A stretch of 64,000 nucleotides of DNA from Roseibacillus sp. (GCA_965242925.1 CBDEUM010000009.1:1-64000), one strand, 5' to 3'; numbered from the stretch's first letter, positions 27,947 through 38,432 are shown. Numbers and translations are program-made. The notes: generated by a model not told the origin, from the letters alone.

Positions 27947-29278
27947 GTGCTAGCTAGCGCGACCTTGCGGGACTTCTTCGTCACGATCCTCGCCTTGCTT
28001 GCCTGTGGTGCTGTCTGTGCCCAGAGCCGCCTGACGCCCCCTGCGCAAAACAACGTGGAACCCGCCACGCCCGGGGAGGGAGCCCAACGCTCCCCCGGGA
28101 AGCATCTGGCCGCTGCGGAGAAATCGCGCAAAGCCTACCTCACCTTCCAGATCAGACGAGCCGGTCTCTCCGCCGACGACCTGATCACCTATCGCGGATT
28201 CTACATCTCGAAAGACGGACTGGCCGTCGCCCCGCTGCAGGCCTTCGACAGCGGAGATTTCATGGCCCGGAACGAAACCGATGGCAGCGAAGTCAAGGTA
28301 GTGGGTCTGATCGCGGTGGAAGCCGACTACGGATTCGCGATCATGCGCACGGATCAGAAGGAACGGCCCTTCCTCAGGTTCTCACCGACCAGGACCCCGG
28401 TCGGTGCCCGTATTGCCATTCCCCGGCCCAAACAGAATGGCGGGAGCGTTACCGCTCCCGTTCTGGCGCGCCGTAAGGCGCCCCTTTCCCGTGCCCAGAA
28501 GTATCTCGAAGTGCTCAGCCTGGGTGTCAATTTCGGGGGAAACGGCATTCTTCACGTGCCCGCCGGCACCCCCGTCCTGAACCAGAAGGGCGAGGTTGCC
28601 GGCTGCCTCTATCAACCCACCATCAACTCCCGGCAACGCTTTCTCCTTGCCGCTCCCGTCTCCGCCATCGCCCTGAAATCTCCCGTTGACCCCAGGACTG
28701 CGCCCATCATCCCCTTCCCCCTTCCCCCCGGATTCCAACCAGCCGATCCCCTCGCCCTCGACGCCGCCTACCTGCTGGGACGCGATGCCCAGCTCGCGGG
28801 CGAAGTGGTGCAGGCGGAGCAACTGCTGCGCAAGGCCCTCGCCAGGCACCCCCAGAGCGCGGTGGGCTGGCAACGCCTCGGTCTCGTGCTCCGCGACCGT
28901 AACAGGGGCGAGGAAGCGATGAAGGCGTTCCAGAATGCTGCCGACTACGGCAACAACCTGGGCTCTTTCCTCCTCAATCAGGCCGATCAACTCAGTCTCA
29001 TGGGCAAGCTGGAGGAGGCCACCGCCCTCCTCGCTGAATCCTGCAAGACCACACCCTTCGACTATGATCTGCATCGCGCCTACGCGGTGGCTTTGCGCGC
29101 GCTAAAGGACGAGACATCCGCCGAAAAACACCTCAGGATAGCCACCGTGCTTGCTCCCGATTCCCTGCGTTGCTGGAACCTCCTCTCAAAATGCCTCGCC
29201 AGGCAGGGCAAGTGGCCCAGTGAAAAGAAGGCTTCCGACAAAATCTACGAACTGGAGAGCCTTTACCGCCCCCGCTGA
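27947..29278 (+). CDS. Exported protein with degenerate trypsin-like domain and TPR repeats (start uncertain)
   Basis: Signal-like ILALLACGAVCA; GFYISKDG, PVLNQKGEVAG resemble HtrA-type folds; helical TPR-like C-terminal half. Confidence 0.65.
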   Translation: MLASATLRDFFVTILALLACGAVCAQSRLTPPAQNNVEPATPGEGAQRSPGKHLAAAEKSRKAYLTFQIRRAGLSADDLITYRGFYISKDGLAVAPLQAFDSGDFMARNETDGSEVKVVGLIAVEADYGFAIMRTDQKERPFLRFSPTRTPVGARIAIPRPKQNGGSVTAPVLARRKAPLSRAQKYLEVLSLGVNFGGNGILHVPAGTPVLNQKGEVAGCLYQPTINSRQRFLLAAPVSAIALKSPVDPRTAPIIPFPLPPGFQPADPLALDAAYLLGRDAQLAGEVVQAEQLLRKALARHPQSAVGWQRLGLVLRDRNRGEEAMKAFQNAADYGNNLGSFLLNQADQLSLMGKLEEATALLAESCKTTPFDYDLHRAYAVALRALKDETSAEKHLRIATVLAPDSLRCWNLLSKCLARQGKWPSEKKASDKIYELESLYRPR

Positions 29279-29305
29279 TCGCAACCCCTTCAAAGTTTCT
29301 TACCC

Positions 29306-30577
29306 ATGTTTGCTCCCCGCTGGAAAAAAGAATCCAGGCTCCTCTACAAGGGCGCCAAGAAGTTCCTCAATTACAAACGCGATCTCCTCACGGAGGAAAA
29401 GGTGGCGAACATCGGGGAGACCCGCGCCAAGTTGCTCGAAGCAATCAAGGCGGGAGACCGCGACAAGGCGAAGGAGGCCGAGAAACTCGTCGCCAAGGCC
29501 TGCGAGAACGCCCTCCCACGCTATCGCCGACCCAATGCCCTGGAGGAGAACATAGAGGTCTTCTTCGTCGCCATCGTCATCGCGTTGGGCATTCGTGCCT
29601 ACTTCCTCCAGCCTTTCCGCATTCCCACCGGATCGATGCGGCCAACCTTGAACGGCATTATTGGCGAACCGCTGGCAAAAGAGAAGTTTCCCGCCTTCCC
29701 GGTCAAGGCCTGGCAGGCCGTCGCTGGCGGCCGAAAGTACATCTACAAACGCCTGAGCAGCGAGGAGGAGCGCTACATTCTCCCCCATCCCACCAGTAGA
29801 GCCCCTCAGGGAGCTCCCATCCCCTGGATCGAGCAGAGGCAGAAGTGGCAATTCTTCACCGAGACCACCATCCACTTCGAGGACGGGGCGGTGGTCAAGC
29901 TGAAGGCTCCCAGAAGTGCTCTTGAGAACATGGGAGCGCTCGACAAGGAGCACCTGAAGCACAACATGGACGGATCACGATGGTGGCTCGTTCCCAACAC
30001 CATTGCTTCCGGCTATACCACCAGCGGGGACCTCGTGCTCGTCGACAAGGTCTCCTACAATTTCCGCCGGCCAAGACGTGGCGAAGTCTTCGTCTTCGAC
30101 ACTCGCGGTATCAAGGGCATCCAGGAGCGCTCCGACAATCCTCAGGGTGCCGGCTCGCACTACATCAAACGGCTCGTGGGCGTGCCCGGCGACAACCTCC
30201 AGATCGTGGGAAGCGATCTCTACATCGACGACAACCCGGCCGGGGAGAAGAAAATCCGCCAGGTCATGAGAGGAGAGGGATCGCACGAGAACTGGCCTGG
30301 TTACCAACTGGCCGCCAGTGAGGGCCGCATCGGATGGCAGCGTTTTCTCGACGATCCCGAGGATGTCCTTGCGCTGAAAAGCAGGGAAGACCAGCTCGAG
30401 GCAGGCATGGACCCGATCGAGGCCACTCTTCGCCGCGAATACGCCGCCATGGGTGACAATACCAGGAACTCCCTCGACTCCCGGTACTGGGGACAGGTGC
30501 GGGAGTACAACCTTGTGGGTCCCGCTCTCCTCGCCCTCTGGCCCTTCGGATCCGGCCACTGGGGACTGATAAAATAG
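29306..30577 (+). CDS. lepB: Signal peptidase I, copy 1
   Basis: PFRIPTGSMRPTL (Ser), YIKRLVG (Lys), MGDNTRNSLDSRYWG. Confidence 0.93.
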   Translation: MFAPRWKKESRLLYKGAKKFLNYKRDLLTEEKVANIGETRAKLLEAIKAGDRDKAKEAEKLVAKACENALPRYRRPNALEENIEVFFVAIVIALGIRAYFLQPFRIPTGSMRPTLNGIIGEPLAKEKFPAFPVKAWQAVAGGRKYIYKRLSSEEERYILPHPTSRAPQGAPIPWIEQRQKWQFFTETTIHFEDGAVVKLKAPRSALENMGALDKEHLKHNMDGSRWWLVPNTIASGYTTSGDLVLVDKVSYNFRRPRRGEVFVFDTRGIKGIQERSDNPQGAGSHYIKRLVGVPGDNLQIVGSDLYIDDNPAGEKKIRQVMRGEGSHENWPGYQLAASEGRIGWQRFLDDPEDVLALKSREDQLEAGMDPIEATLRREYAAMGDNTRNSLDSRYWGQVREYNLVGPALLALWPFGSGHWGLIK

Positions 30578-30653
30578 ACCCTCGCCCAATTCCAGGGAAT
30601 CGGATCGTTCCATCTTCAGACCTGCGATCCCGACCATTTGAACCCCCCTTCTC

Positions 30654-31916
30654 ATGTTCTCCGCCCGCTGGAAAAAAGAAGCGAAGCTTCTCTGCAAGGG
30701 GGCCCGCAAGTTTCTCAACTACAAGCGGGACCTCCTGACGGAAGAGAAAATCGCCCGCATTCAGGACGCCCGCGCCCAACTGCGCGCCGCCATCAGGGAT
30801 CATGACCGGGAAGCAGTGAACGCTGCTGAGCAACTCCTCACCCGGTCCTGCGAACAAGCTCTCCCCGGTTACCGCCGGTCCGGCGTCATCCCCGAGAACA
30901 TCGAGGTCCTTTTTGTGGCCATTGTCATCGCGCTGGGAATCCGCGCCTACTTTGTCCAGCCCTTCCGCATCCCCACCGGTTCGATGCAGCCCACTCTCAA
31001 CGGTATCGTCGGTCACAGGCTCTCCGGGGAGCAATTTCCCTCCTTTCCCGTAAAGGCCTGGCAGGCCGTGATGAACGGACGGAGGTATATTCACCGCGAG
31101 ATGAACAGCTCGCCATCGGAAAGACGTTACCTTCTGCCGCACCCCGACAATGGGGCCGGGGATTTCAATGCCTGGATCACCGAAGGCCAGCGCCTGCAGT
31201 TTTTTACCGTCACCGGACTGCACTTCGAGGATGGCGAGGTTATCACCCTCCCTGCCCCCCGCAGCGCCCTCCAGCAGATCGGTCTCAGGATCGAGACGGA
31301 CTACGAACGCCAGCTCTCCTACATCCCACCCGCCACCAGGGTGTCCGGATACACCACCACCGGTGATCTCGTCCTCGTCGACAAGGTCTCCTACAATTTC
31401 CGACGACCCAGACGGGGCGAGGTCTTCGTCTTCGACACCCGGGGCATTGAGGGCATCCATCTGCGGAGCCAGCGCGAACAGGGAGCGGGATCCCACTACA
31501 TCAAACGTCTCGCCGCGCTACCAGGAGACAAGGTTCACATCGAAGAGCCTGTCCTCATGATCAATGATCAGCCTGCCAGCGAGACCTCCCTCCGCATGGT
31601 GGGAAACCGCGAGGGCATCTACGCTGGACCGGTTGGCGTCGGCTACCAGCCCACGAGAAACTATCGCGACATTCTTCCCCAGTTCATCCGAAAACAGGGT
31701 GATGCCGTCCACCTGCAGGATCGTGAAGATCTCCTGGCCCAGGGACGAACAGGAGTGGACCTCGCCCTCCAGCGGGGTTACTTCGCCCTCGGCGACAATA
31801 CCGATAATTCCCTGGACTCCCGCTACTGGGGACCGGTCCGGGAATACAATCTCGTCGGACCCGCTCTCGTTTCGCTCTGGCCCTTCACCACCGGGCACTG
31901 GGGGTTGATCAAATGA
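30654..31916 (+). CDS. lepB: Signal peptidase I, copy 2
   Basis: PFRIPTGSMQPTL, YIKRLAA, LGDNTDNSLDSRYWG. Full-length paralog of 29306..30577. Confidence 0.93.
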   Translation: MFSARWKKEAKLLCKGARKFLNYKRDLLTEEKIARIQDARAQLRAAIRDHDREAVNAAEQLLTRSCEQALPGYRRSGVIPENIEVLFVAIVIALGIRAYFVQPFRIPTGSMQPTLNGIVGHRLSGEQFPSFPVKAWQAVMNGRRYIHREMNSSPSERRYLLPHPDNGAGDFNAWITEGQRLQFFTVTGLHFEDGEVITLPAPRSALQQIGLRIETDYERQLSYIPPATRVSGYTTTGDLVLVDKVSYNFRRPRRGEVFVFDTRGIEGIHLRSQREQGAGSHYIKRLAALPGDKVHIEEPVLMINDQPASETSLRMVGNREGIYAGPVGVGYQPTRNYRDILPQFIRKQGDAVHLQDREDLLAQGRTGVDLALQRGYFALGDNTDNSLDSRYWGPVREYNLVGPALVSLWPFTTGHWGLIK

Positions 31917-32749
31917 AAAGCGCATCCGCGATGAGCGAAACGGAAGAAATCACCCGCCGCGCCAAGTCCAACCTGGCCTTTGCCTTCCTGTGTGTCCCGC
32001 GAGAACGCCGCGCCGATCTCAATACCTTCTACGCCTTCTGCCGGGTTGTCGACGACATCGCTGACGACACCACCATCCCGACCGAAGAAAAGCGGGCCGC
32101 TCTGGGGGCCTGGAAGGAAGCCCTCGAACGAAGCGACAATCCAGATGGCAGCCTTGAATCCGAGGTCGTGGCCATGCGTGATCGCCACTCCATCGATTCA
32201 GAACTCATGCAGGAGATCATCCGCGGGTGTGAATCCGACCTTACTCCCCAGCGTTTCGAAACCTGGGACGATCTCCAGAATTATTCCTACCGGGTCGCCT
32301 CCACGGTCGGCCTCATCCTGCTTCCCCTCTTCGGTGCAAGCGAGGAAGCTCGTGACTACGGCATCAGTCTCGGCCACTCCCTGCAGCTCACCAATATCCT
32401 TCGCGATATCGGAGAGGATCTCGACAACGGACTGCGCATCTACCTCCCTCTCTCCGACCTCCACCGCTTCCAGTATACCGAACGCGACCTCATGGACCGC
32501 GTCCACGACGATCGCTTCCTCGCCCTCATGAACTTCGAGGCGGAGCGGGTGGAGCGCCTTTTCGAGGAAACCGTGAATTTGCTGCCTCCCGCCGACCGCC
32601 GGGCCCTTCGCGCCGCCGAGGTCATGCGCAAGATCTACCGCGCTCTCCTGAAGCGCATGCGTGGCGACCAGTTCCACGTCTTCGACCGGCGCTACCGCAT
32701 CTCCAGCTTCCGCAAATTCAGCATTCTGCTCCGTCAGTTTATCTGCTGA
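31913..32749 (+). CDS. Squalene/phytoene synthase family (HpnD/CrtB-like)
   Basis: YAFCRVVDDIAD, YRVASTVG, LQLTNILRDIGED, RIYLP. Confidence 0.9.
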   Translation: MKSASAMSETEEITRRAKSNLAFAFLCVPRERRADLNTFYAFCRVVDDIADDTTIPTEEKRAALGAWKEALERSDNPDGSLESEVVAMRDRHSIDSELMQEIIRGCESDLTPQRFETWDDLQNYSYRVASTVGLILLPLFGASEEARDYGISLGHSLQLTNILRDIGEDLDNGLRIYLPLSDLHRFQYTERDLMDRVHDDRFLALMNFEAERVERLFEETVNLLPPADRRALRAAEVMRKIYRALLKRMRGDQFHVFDRRYRISSFRKFSILLRQFIC

Positions 32750-32828
32750 AAGGCAATTAAGGGTGGTTCCGATTTCCATCTGCGACTATGATCCGTGGAT
32801 CGATGGTAATTCAATCATCGCCTGAGTC

Positions 32829-33155
32829 ATGATCTCCCCGAGAATTCCATTACGACGCTGCATCCCGGCCGGCCTGGCTGCAGTCTCACTGCTAATCCTG
32901 TGTTCCTGCACAGAGGATCAGAACCAGGGGACGGGGATCGGAACCGTGCAAAAAAAACCGGCCCGCCCGGCTCCAAAGCCCCGCCCCGACAGCTACAAAA
33001 AGGGCTACAAGACCGAGAATCCCCAGCAGATCATCAGTCCCTATCCGCCCCACAACCTGATCGATATCAGCAAGAACCCCAAAACCGGCGAACCCTTCAG
33101 GAAGGGAGACTTCGCCAAGGATCCCAGCAACGGTCAGATCTTCCGGATCCCGTAA
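32829..33155 (+). CDS. Hypothetical lipoprotein
   Basis: Hydrophobic signal ending LCSC; ISPYPP...KDPSNGQIFRIP small domain; followed by a terminator. Confidence 0.7.
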   Translation: MISPRIPLRRCIPAGLAAVSLLILCSCTEDQNQGTGIGTVQKKPARPAPKPRPDSYKKGYKTENPQQIISPYPPHNLIDISKNPKTGEPFRKGDFAKDPSNGQIFRIP

Positions 33156-33185
33156 CCGGGTTGCCCGGTCATCCGGATTTCCATC

Positions 33186-33219
33186 ACCGCGCTCTCCAGC
33201 AAGAGTGCGGTTTTCTTTT
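33186..33219 (+). terminator. Rho-independent terminator
   Basis: accgcgctct-ccagca-agagtgcggt stem followed by tttctttt. Confidence 0.7.
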
Positions 33220-33267
33220 CCCACGCCGCCCCCCCGGGAACCGGCAACCCGGGACTGACACGCCACC

Positions 33268-34371
33268 TCAGGTCTCCCCCCGCTCCTCCTTCTCCAACTC
33301 GATACGATCGGCCAGGTTCCGTGCCTTCACCCTGCGGTTCCGCTTGGCCCAGCGCTCCGTGGTCATGCGGCGTTTCCTGCGCCTCCTGTTGAGCTCCTCG
33401 ATCTCTTCCTCCAATCGCAGATAACTCTGGTAGCGCTCCGGATCGATCCTCCCTCCTTCCACTGCGGTCTCAATGGCACAGCCGGCATCCTTCTGGTGCT
33501 TGCAATCGGCAAAGCGACATTGAGTCGCCAGTTCCTCCACGTCCGCAAAGCTCTCGCGCAGGGTCGCTTCGTCGGTCCACATCTGGATCTCACGCACCCC
33601 CGGATTATCGATGAGAAGTCCGCCTTCCGGCAGCACGATCAACTCACGGTGGGTGGTGGTGTGCCGGCCCCTTCCCGTGACTTCATTGACCTCACTGGTG
33701 TCCTGCCACTCCCCTCCCAGCAACTGGTTCACCAGAGTCGACTTGCCTACTCCGCTGGAACCCATCAGGGTGATCGTCACCCCGGGCCGCAGGTAACTCT
33801 GCAGGACTTCGAGACCCTGCGATTCCAGAGCACTCGTAACGTGGATCCCGGCCACTTCGCTCAACTCCCTCACCTCGCCTGCTGCAGCGGCACAGTGCCC
33901 CTCTGAAAAAAGGTCGGCCTTGTTCAGCAGGATCACCGGCCTGGCCCCGCATCGCTCGATCAGCATCAGATAACGCTCGATACGGCGGAGGCTGTAGTCC
34001 GGCCCCGGATCGGTCACCACCACCACAATATCCACATTTGCCGCCATCACCTGCTCCTGGGCACTCTTCCCGGGCATCTTCCGGGAAAAGCGGGAGAACC
34101 GCGAAAGACGCCCGCGGATGACCACCTCGTCACCTTCTTCTCCCCGGTCCAACACCACCCAGTCGCCCACCGCTGGCAGGTCCGCATCCGTCTCCGCTTC
34201 ATGCCAGGCCTTTCCCCCGAGGACACAGTCAATCTCCTCCCCTCCCTCCAGCAGGGCACTGAAGTTGATCTTCGTTTCCCGGATTAACCGACCGGGGACA
34301 AATCCCTGCCCGGTCCAGGACGCAAACTCCCCGGCAAAGAACTTGTTCCAGCCCAGGTCTTCCAGCGTCAT
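33268..34371 (-). CDS. rsgA: Ribosome small subunit-dependent GTPase A
   Basis: [44 protein letters not shown]...GC zinc motif. Confidence 0.95.
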   Translation of the reverse strand: MTLEDLGWNKFFAGEFASWTGQGFVPGRLIRETKINFSALLEGGEEIDCVLGGKAWHEAETDADLPAVGDWVVLDRGEEGDEVVIRGRLSRFSRFSRKMPGKSAQEQVMAANVDIVVVVTDPGPDYSLRRIERYLMLIERCGARPVILLNKADLFSEGHCAAAAGEVRELSEVAGIHVTSALESQGLEVLQSYLRPGVTITLMGSSGVGKSTLVNQLLGGEWQDTSEVNEVTGRGRHTTTHRELIVLPEGGLLIDNPGVREIQMWTDEATLRESFADVEELATQCRFADCKHQKDAGCAIETAVEGGRIDPERYQSYLRLEEEIEELNRRRRKRRMTTERWAKRNRRVKARNLADRIELEKEERGET

Positions 34372-34473
34372 TCCTCCGCAAGGTTCATCCGGATTCAGGA
34401 CGCTGGAAACCGAAATCTTCAGCGAAGGCGATTGCAATCGCACCTGACACAACATAGCCCATGGCGAACAGGC

Positions 34474-35499
34474 ATGCGCGCATTGCTCAAAACCCGGCCC
34501 GAACCGGGACTCGACCTCCTCGATGTCCCGGTCCCCGACATCGGCCCCATGGATGTGCTCATCCGCATTTCCAGGACTGCCATCTGTGGAACCGATCTCC
34601 ACATCTGGAACTGGGATTCATGGGCAGGAAAAACCATCCCCATTCCCATGACGGTGGGCCACGAGTACTGTGGCTACGTGGAGAAAACCGGCTCGGGCGT
34701 AACCGATCTGGTCCCCGGTGACTACGTCTCTGGTGAGGGGCACCTCGTGTGCGGACGCTGCCGGAACTGCCTCGCCGGCCGCCGCCACCTCTGCCCCAAC
34801 ACCGAGGGCGTGGGGGTAAACCGGCCCGGAGCCTTCGCCGAGTTCCTCTCCCTCCCCTACCGCAACGTCTACAAGCTCGACCCCGCCATCCCCGAGAACC
34901 TGGCCGCCATCTTCGATCCTCTCGGAAATGCGGTTCATACCGCCCTCTCCTGGGACCTCGTCGCCGAGGACGTCCTCATCACCGGCGCCGGGCCCATCGG
35001 CTGCATGGCTGCCGCCGTCTGCCGATTCGCCGGTGCCCGCCACGTGGTGGTGACCGACCCCAATCCCTTCCGCCTCGATCTCGCCAGACAATTGGGGGCC
35101 ACCCGCACCATTAATATCGATCAGGAGTCGCTGGCTGATGTGAAGGATGAACTCGACATGAAGGAGGGATTCGACATCGGACTCGAAATGTCCGGGCACC
35201 CTTCCGGACTGGCCGACATTCTGGAACACTCCTCGCATGGTGCCCGTATCTCCCTCCTTGGTATCTTTCCCGACAAGTTTGAGATCGACTTTGACAAGGT
35301 CATCTTCAAGGGGCTCATCCTGAAAGGCATCTACGGTCGCGAAATGTTCGAGACCTGGTACAAGATGAGTTCCATGATCCGCGCCGGCCTGGATCCCACC
35401 GCCGTGATCACCCACGAGTTTCCCGTGGCCGATTTCGAGGAGGCCTTTCAAACCATGCTCTCCGGAAAGAGCGGAAAGATCGTCCTCAACTGGTCCTGA
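34474..35499 (+). CDS. tdh: L-threonine 3-dehydrogenase
   Basis: [56 protein letters not shown]. Confidence 0.95.
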   Translation: MRALLKTRPEPGLDLLDVPVPDIGPMDVLIRISRTAICGTDLHIWNWDSWAGKTIPIPMTVGHEYCGYVEKTGSGVTDLVPGDYVSGEGHLVCGRCRNCLAGRRHLCPNTEGVGVNRPGAFAEFLSLPYRNVYKLDPAIPENLAAIFDPLGNAVHTALSWDLVAEDVLITGAGPIGCMAAAVCRFAGARHVVVTDPNPFRLDLARQLGATRTINIDQESLADVKDELDMKEGFDIGLEMSGHPSGLADILEHSSHGARISLLGIFPDKFEIDFDKVIFKGLILKGIYGREMFETWYKMSSMIRAGLDPTAVITHEFPVADFEEAFQTMLSGKSGKIVLNWS

Positions 35500-35653
35500 A
35501 CGGCCCGGCCCACAACGCTCCGCAGTTAGAGGTTCAACTGCCCAGCCAGTCCCGCCTGACGGAAGCGGTTTTCTCTCTGGTTTGACTGTATTTCTGGCCA
35601 TAATTCCCCGTTTTTGCTCGGAAGTGATCACATTTTGTTCATTTTTGCGCATA

Positions 35654-37012
35654 GTGTTCAATCAACTTCCAGGGCGGCGCGGCAGCCTTTACCGGCGCCT
35701 CGTCATTCCGCTCTCCGCCTTCGTGCTTCTGGCCTCCCTTGGGCTGGCGATCTGGATTTCCTCCCTCCACCGACGGGAGTCCATGCGCCGCTTTCAGCAA
35801 ACCGCCGTCAGCAATGCCGGCTTCATGGGCCAAGTCCCCCTCCCGCGCTCGAGTGAAATGGCCCGGCGGCTATCCGCCATTCTCGAGGTCAGAGTCGCCT
35901 TCCTTCGGGCGGACGGAACCATTGTCCGTTCTTCCGAGGACGGATGGCCCAGGGATCTTGGAACAGTTCTCAAGGAGATCGCAGGAAGCGAAACCACCGC
36001 CACCCGGGTCGGGGACCATGATCTCGCCATCACCCCGCTCACCGGATCGCAGGACCATCTCATTCTCGTACGCGGGAAGGAAGGCGGCCTGGCCGGGCTG
36101 GGAGGGTGGGTCCTCGCCCCCACCCTTTTTCTCACCGGCGCCTTCGGCTGCCTCGTCTTTCTCCTTGCTCACCGTATCGTACGTCCCCTGACGGTTCTTA
36201 CGCGCTGGCTTCCCAACCTCAAACACGACGAAGAACCCGCCGAGTCCATTCCCCCTGCCCTCTCCGCACGCAGCGATGAACTGGGCCAGCTTGCCCGCTC
36301 CCTGCAGGAAACCCATCAATCCCTCCTCCACGAACAGAAACTGCGCCACCAGTCCGAACGGCTTGCCACCCTCGGCCGTATTGCCACCAGTCTCGCTCAT
36401 GAAATCCGTAATCCCGCCGCGGCCATCCGTATGCACGCCGATCTCATCGAACCCGGGGTAGAGCCCGGGGGATCTGAATCCATCTCCCTCATTCGCGAAG
36501 AAGTCGAACGCATCACTGACCTCGTCAACCAATGGCTCTTCGTCGCCCGGGCCGCCCCGCCAGAACGCCGGTCGCATGACCTCGGCGAGATGCTCACCGC
36601 CGTTGCCCGGCGCCAGAAACCGGCTCTCCGCCATGCCGGATCACACCTCAGAATCGAGGCGGGCAACCCCGCCCTGATCGCCTGCGACAAGCTCCGGATC
36701 GAACAGGTCATCCGCAACCTCATCGTCAACGCCAGCCAGGCCATGCCGGACGGCGGTGAGATCATGGCCTGCGTCAAGCCGGGTGAAGAACGCGTCCAAC
36801 TGGCCATCCGCGACTCCGGAACCGGATTCAGCGCCGAGGCCCTCGACCGTTTTGGTGAACCGTTCTTCTCAGAACGGGAAGGCGGGATGGGCATCGGCCT
36901 GACCCTCGCCCGGGAAGTCGTGCAAGCCCACGACGGATCGATCCAGGTTTCCAATGCCCCGGAGGGCGGAGCCCTTGTGACCATTACCCTGCCTCTTCAT
37001 TCAGCCTCCTGA
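35654..37012 (+). CDS. Membrane sensor histidine kinase (HAMP-HisKA-HATPase); start estimated
   Basis: Two TMs, DELGQLA HAMP, LAHEIRNP, NLIVNASQA, DSGTG, GMGIGL. Confidence 0.92.
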   Translation: MFNQLPGRRGSLYRRLVIPLSAFVLLASLGLAIWISSLHRRESMRRFQQTAVSNAGFMGQVPLPRSSEMARRLSAILEVRVAFLRADGTIVRSSEDGWPRDLGTVLKEIAGSETTATRVGDHDLAITPLTGSQDHLILVRGKEGGLAGLGGWVLAPTLFLTGAFGCLVFLLAHRIVRPLTVLTRWLPNLKHDEEPAESIPPALSARSDELGQLARSLQETHQSLLHEQKLRHQSERLATLGRIATSLAHEIRNPAAAIRMHADLIEPGVEPGGSESISLIREEVERITDLVNQWLFVARAAPPERRSHDLGEMLTAVARRQKPALRHAGSHLRIEAGNPALIACDKLRIEQVIRNLIVNASQAMPDGGEIMACVKPGEERVQLAIRDSGTGFSAEALDRFGEPFFSEREGGMGIGLTLAREVVQAHDGSIQVSNAPEGGALVTITLPLHSAS

Positions 37013-37021
37013 GACTCACCC

Positions 37022-38320
37022 ATGAACCTTCCCCGCGTTCTCATCGTCGAAGACGAACACGCCCTGGCCCTGGCTCTCGCTGCCGCAGTCCGTCAGGCCA
37101 GTGTCGACAGCGACCTCGCCCCCACCGCGGCCCAGGCGCGCCGACACCTCGACTCGGCCACGAACTACGAGGCCATGATCCTCGACATTGGCCTGCCGGA
37201 TCAGAATGGCCTGGAGTTCCTGGAGTCACTTCCCCCGGAGAACCGCCCTCCCACCATCGTCATCACTGCTCACGGCGAGATCCAGAATACGATCGCCGCC
37301 CGCAAACTGGGCGTGATCGACTTCCTTCCCAAACCCCTCGACTTTGATGAGTTCCAGTCCGTCCTGCGGCGGGTCGTCAAACCGAACCGCCGCCAGCCGG
37401 ATCCAGCCGCTCCCGCTCCCGAAACCGTGGCCTTTCTCGGTGCCGCCCCGAACATGCGGCCGGTCTTCCAGCAAATTGCCCACTCCTGTGCCTCCGATGA
37501 TCCCGTTCTGGTGCGTGGGGCTACCGGCACCGGCAAGTCCCACGCGGCCCGGCTCATCCAGAGCAACAGCATGCGGAGTGGACCGGCTGAAACTCTTGTG
37601 ATCGGACCTTCCTCCACCACCGAGGAGCTGAACGCCGCCCTCCAGCAGGCAAACAACGGGGTCCTCATCCTGGAGGAGGTGGCCTCCCTCAACAATGAAG
37701 GACAGGCCGAGCTCGTCCGCCAGATCGAGGCGGGAACGGAGGGGGTGTTCCCCCGCCTCATCGCCACCACCCACGAGAACCTGCGCGAGCTGGTGGGTGC
37801 GGAGGCCTTCCGGAGTGACCTCTTCTACCGTCTCCAGGTCCTGGAAGTTCGCCTGCCTTCGCTCTCCGACCGCATGGAGGATCTTCCGGCCCTGGTCTCC
37901 TACTTCATCGGTCAGCTTCTCCCTGATCGCAACCTCGGCATCACCGAGGCAAGCCTCGGCCGACTCATGTCCCATGACTGGCCCGGCAACCTCCGCGAGT
38001 TGCGCAATTCTATCGCCTTCGCCCTGACCGTGAATTCCGGTGCGGCTGCCATCGAGGGAAGCGACCTCCCGGATTACCTCAGGAACGAAACGTCCGCCGT
38101 CGACGAGCAGGCACCCGCCCTCCTCGTGCAGGCCCTCGACAGCTGGCTCGATTCCCGCCTCCAGGAAGAGGAAGAAACGGTTTACCGTGACCTTGCCGAA
38201 ACCCTTGAAGCCACCCTTATCCGCCGCCTGCTTGATCGCTATGACGGTAAGCTGGCCCGCATGGCCTCCGCTCTCCACGCCAATCGGACCACCCTGCGAC
38301 GCCGTCTGCAGAATTCCTGA
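37022..38320 (+). CDS. NtrC-like response regulator (REC-AAA+-Fis HTH) lacking the GAFTGA loop
   Basis: VLIVEDE, LDIGLPD, ITAHG, KP; GATGTGKS, FRSDLFYRL, WPGNLRELRN; C-terminal HTH NRTTLRRRL. Confidence 0.9.
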   Translation: MNLPRVLIVEDEHALALALAAAVRQASVDSDLAPTAAQARRHLDSATNYEAMILDIGLPDQNGLEFLESLPPENRPPTIVITAHGEIQNTIAARKLGVIDFLPKPLDFDEFQSVLRRVVKPNRRQPDPAAPAPETVAFLGAAPNMRPVFQQIAHSCASDDPVLVRGATGTGKSHAARLIQSNSMRSGPAETLVIGPSSTTEELNAALQQANNGVLILEEVASLNNEGQAELVRQIEAGTEGVFPRLIATTHENLRELVGAEAFRSDLFYRLQVLEVRLPSLSDRMEDLPALVSYFIGQLLPDRNLGITEASLGRLMSHDWPGNLRELRNSIAFALTVNSGAAAIEGSDLPDYLRNETSAVDEQAPALLVQALDSWLDSRLQEEEETVYRDLAETLEATLIRRLLDRYDGKLARMASALHANRTTLRRRLQNS

Positions 38321-38321
38321 C

Positions 38322-38360
38322 TGCTCAGTTCGTGGTCAGCAACTGATCAAAACCTGATCC
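38322..38360 (+). promoter_or_regulatory. Four TG-x-TC(A/C) boxes at 11-bp period; candidate operator for the adjacent regulator
   Basis: TGCTCA (38322), TGGTCA (38333), TGATCA (38344), TGATCC (38355), between the regulator stop and the TonB receptor start. Confidence 0.55.
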
Positions 38361-38432
38361 CGATTCAAATACCGGAGACACGCCTTCTCGAACACCTTGT
38401 CTTCCCGGGCACCTGTGGACACCGTCCCCGGC

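Noticed and set aside
31913..32749. Hopanoid or carotenoid biosynthetic cluster
   Set aside because: A single synthase gene with no hpnC, hpnE, shc or crtI neighbours, so no gene symbol was assigned.
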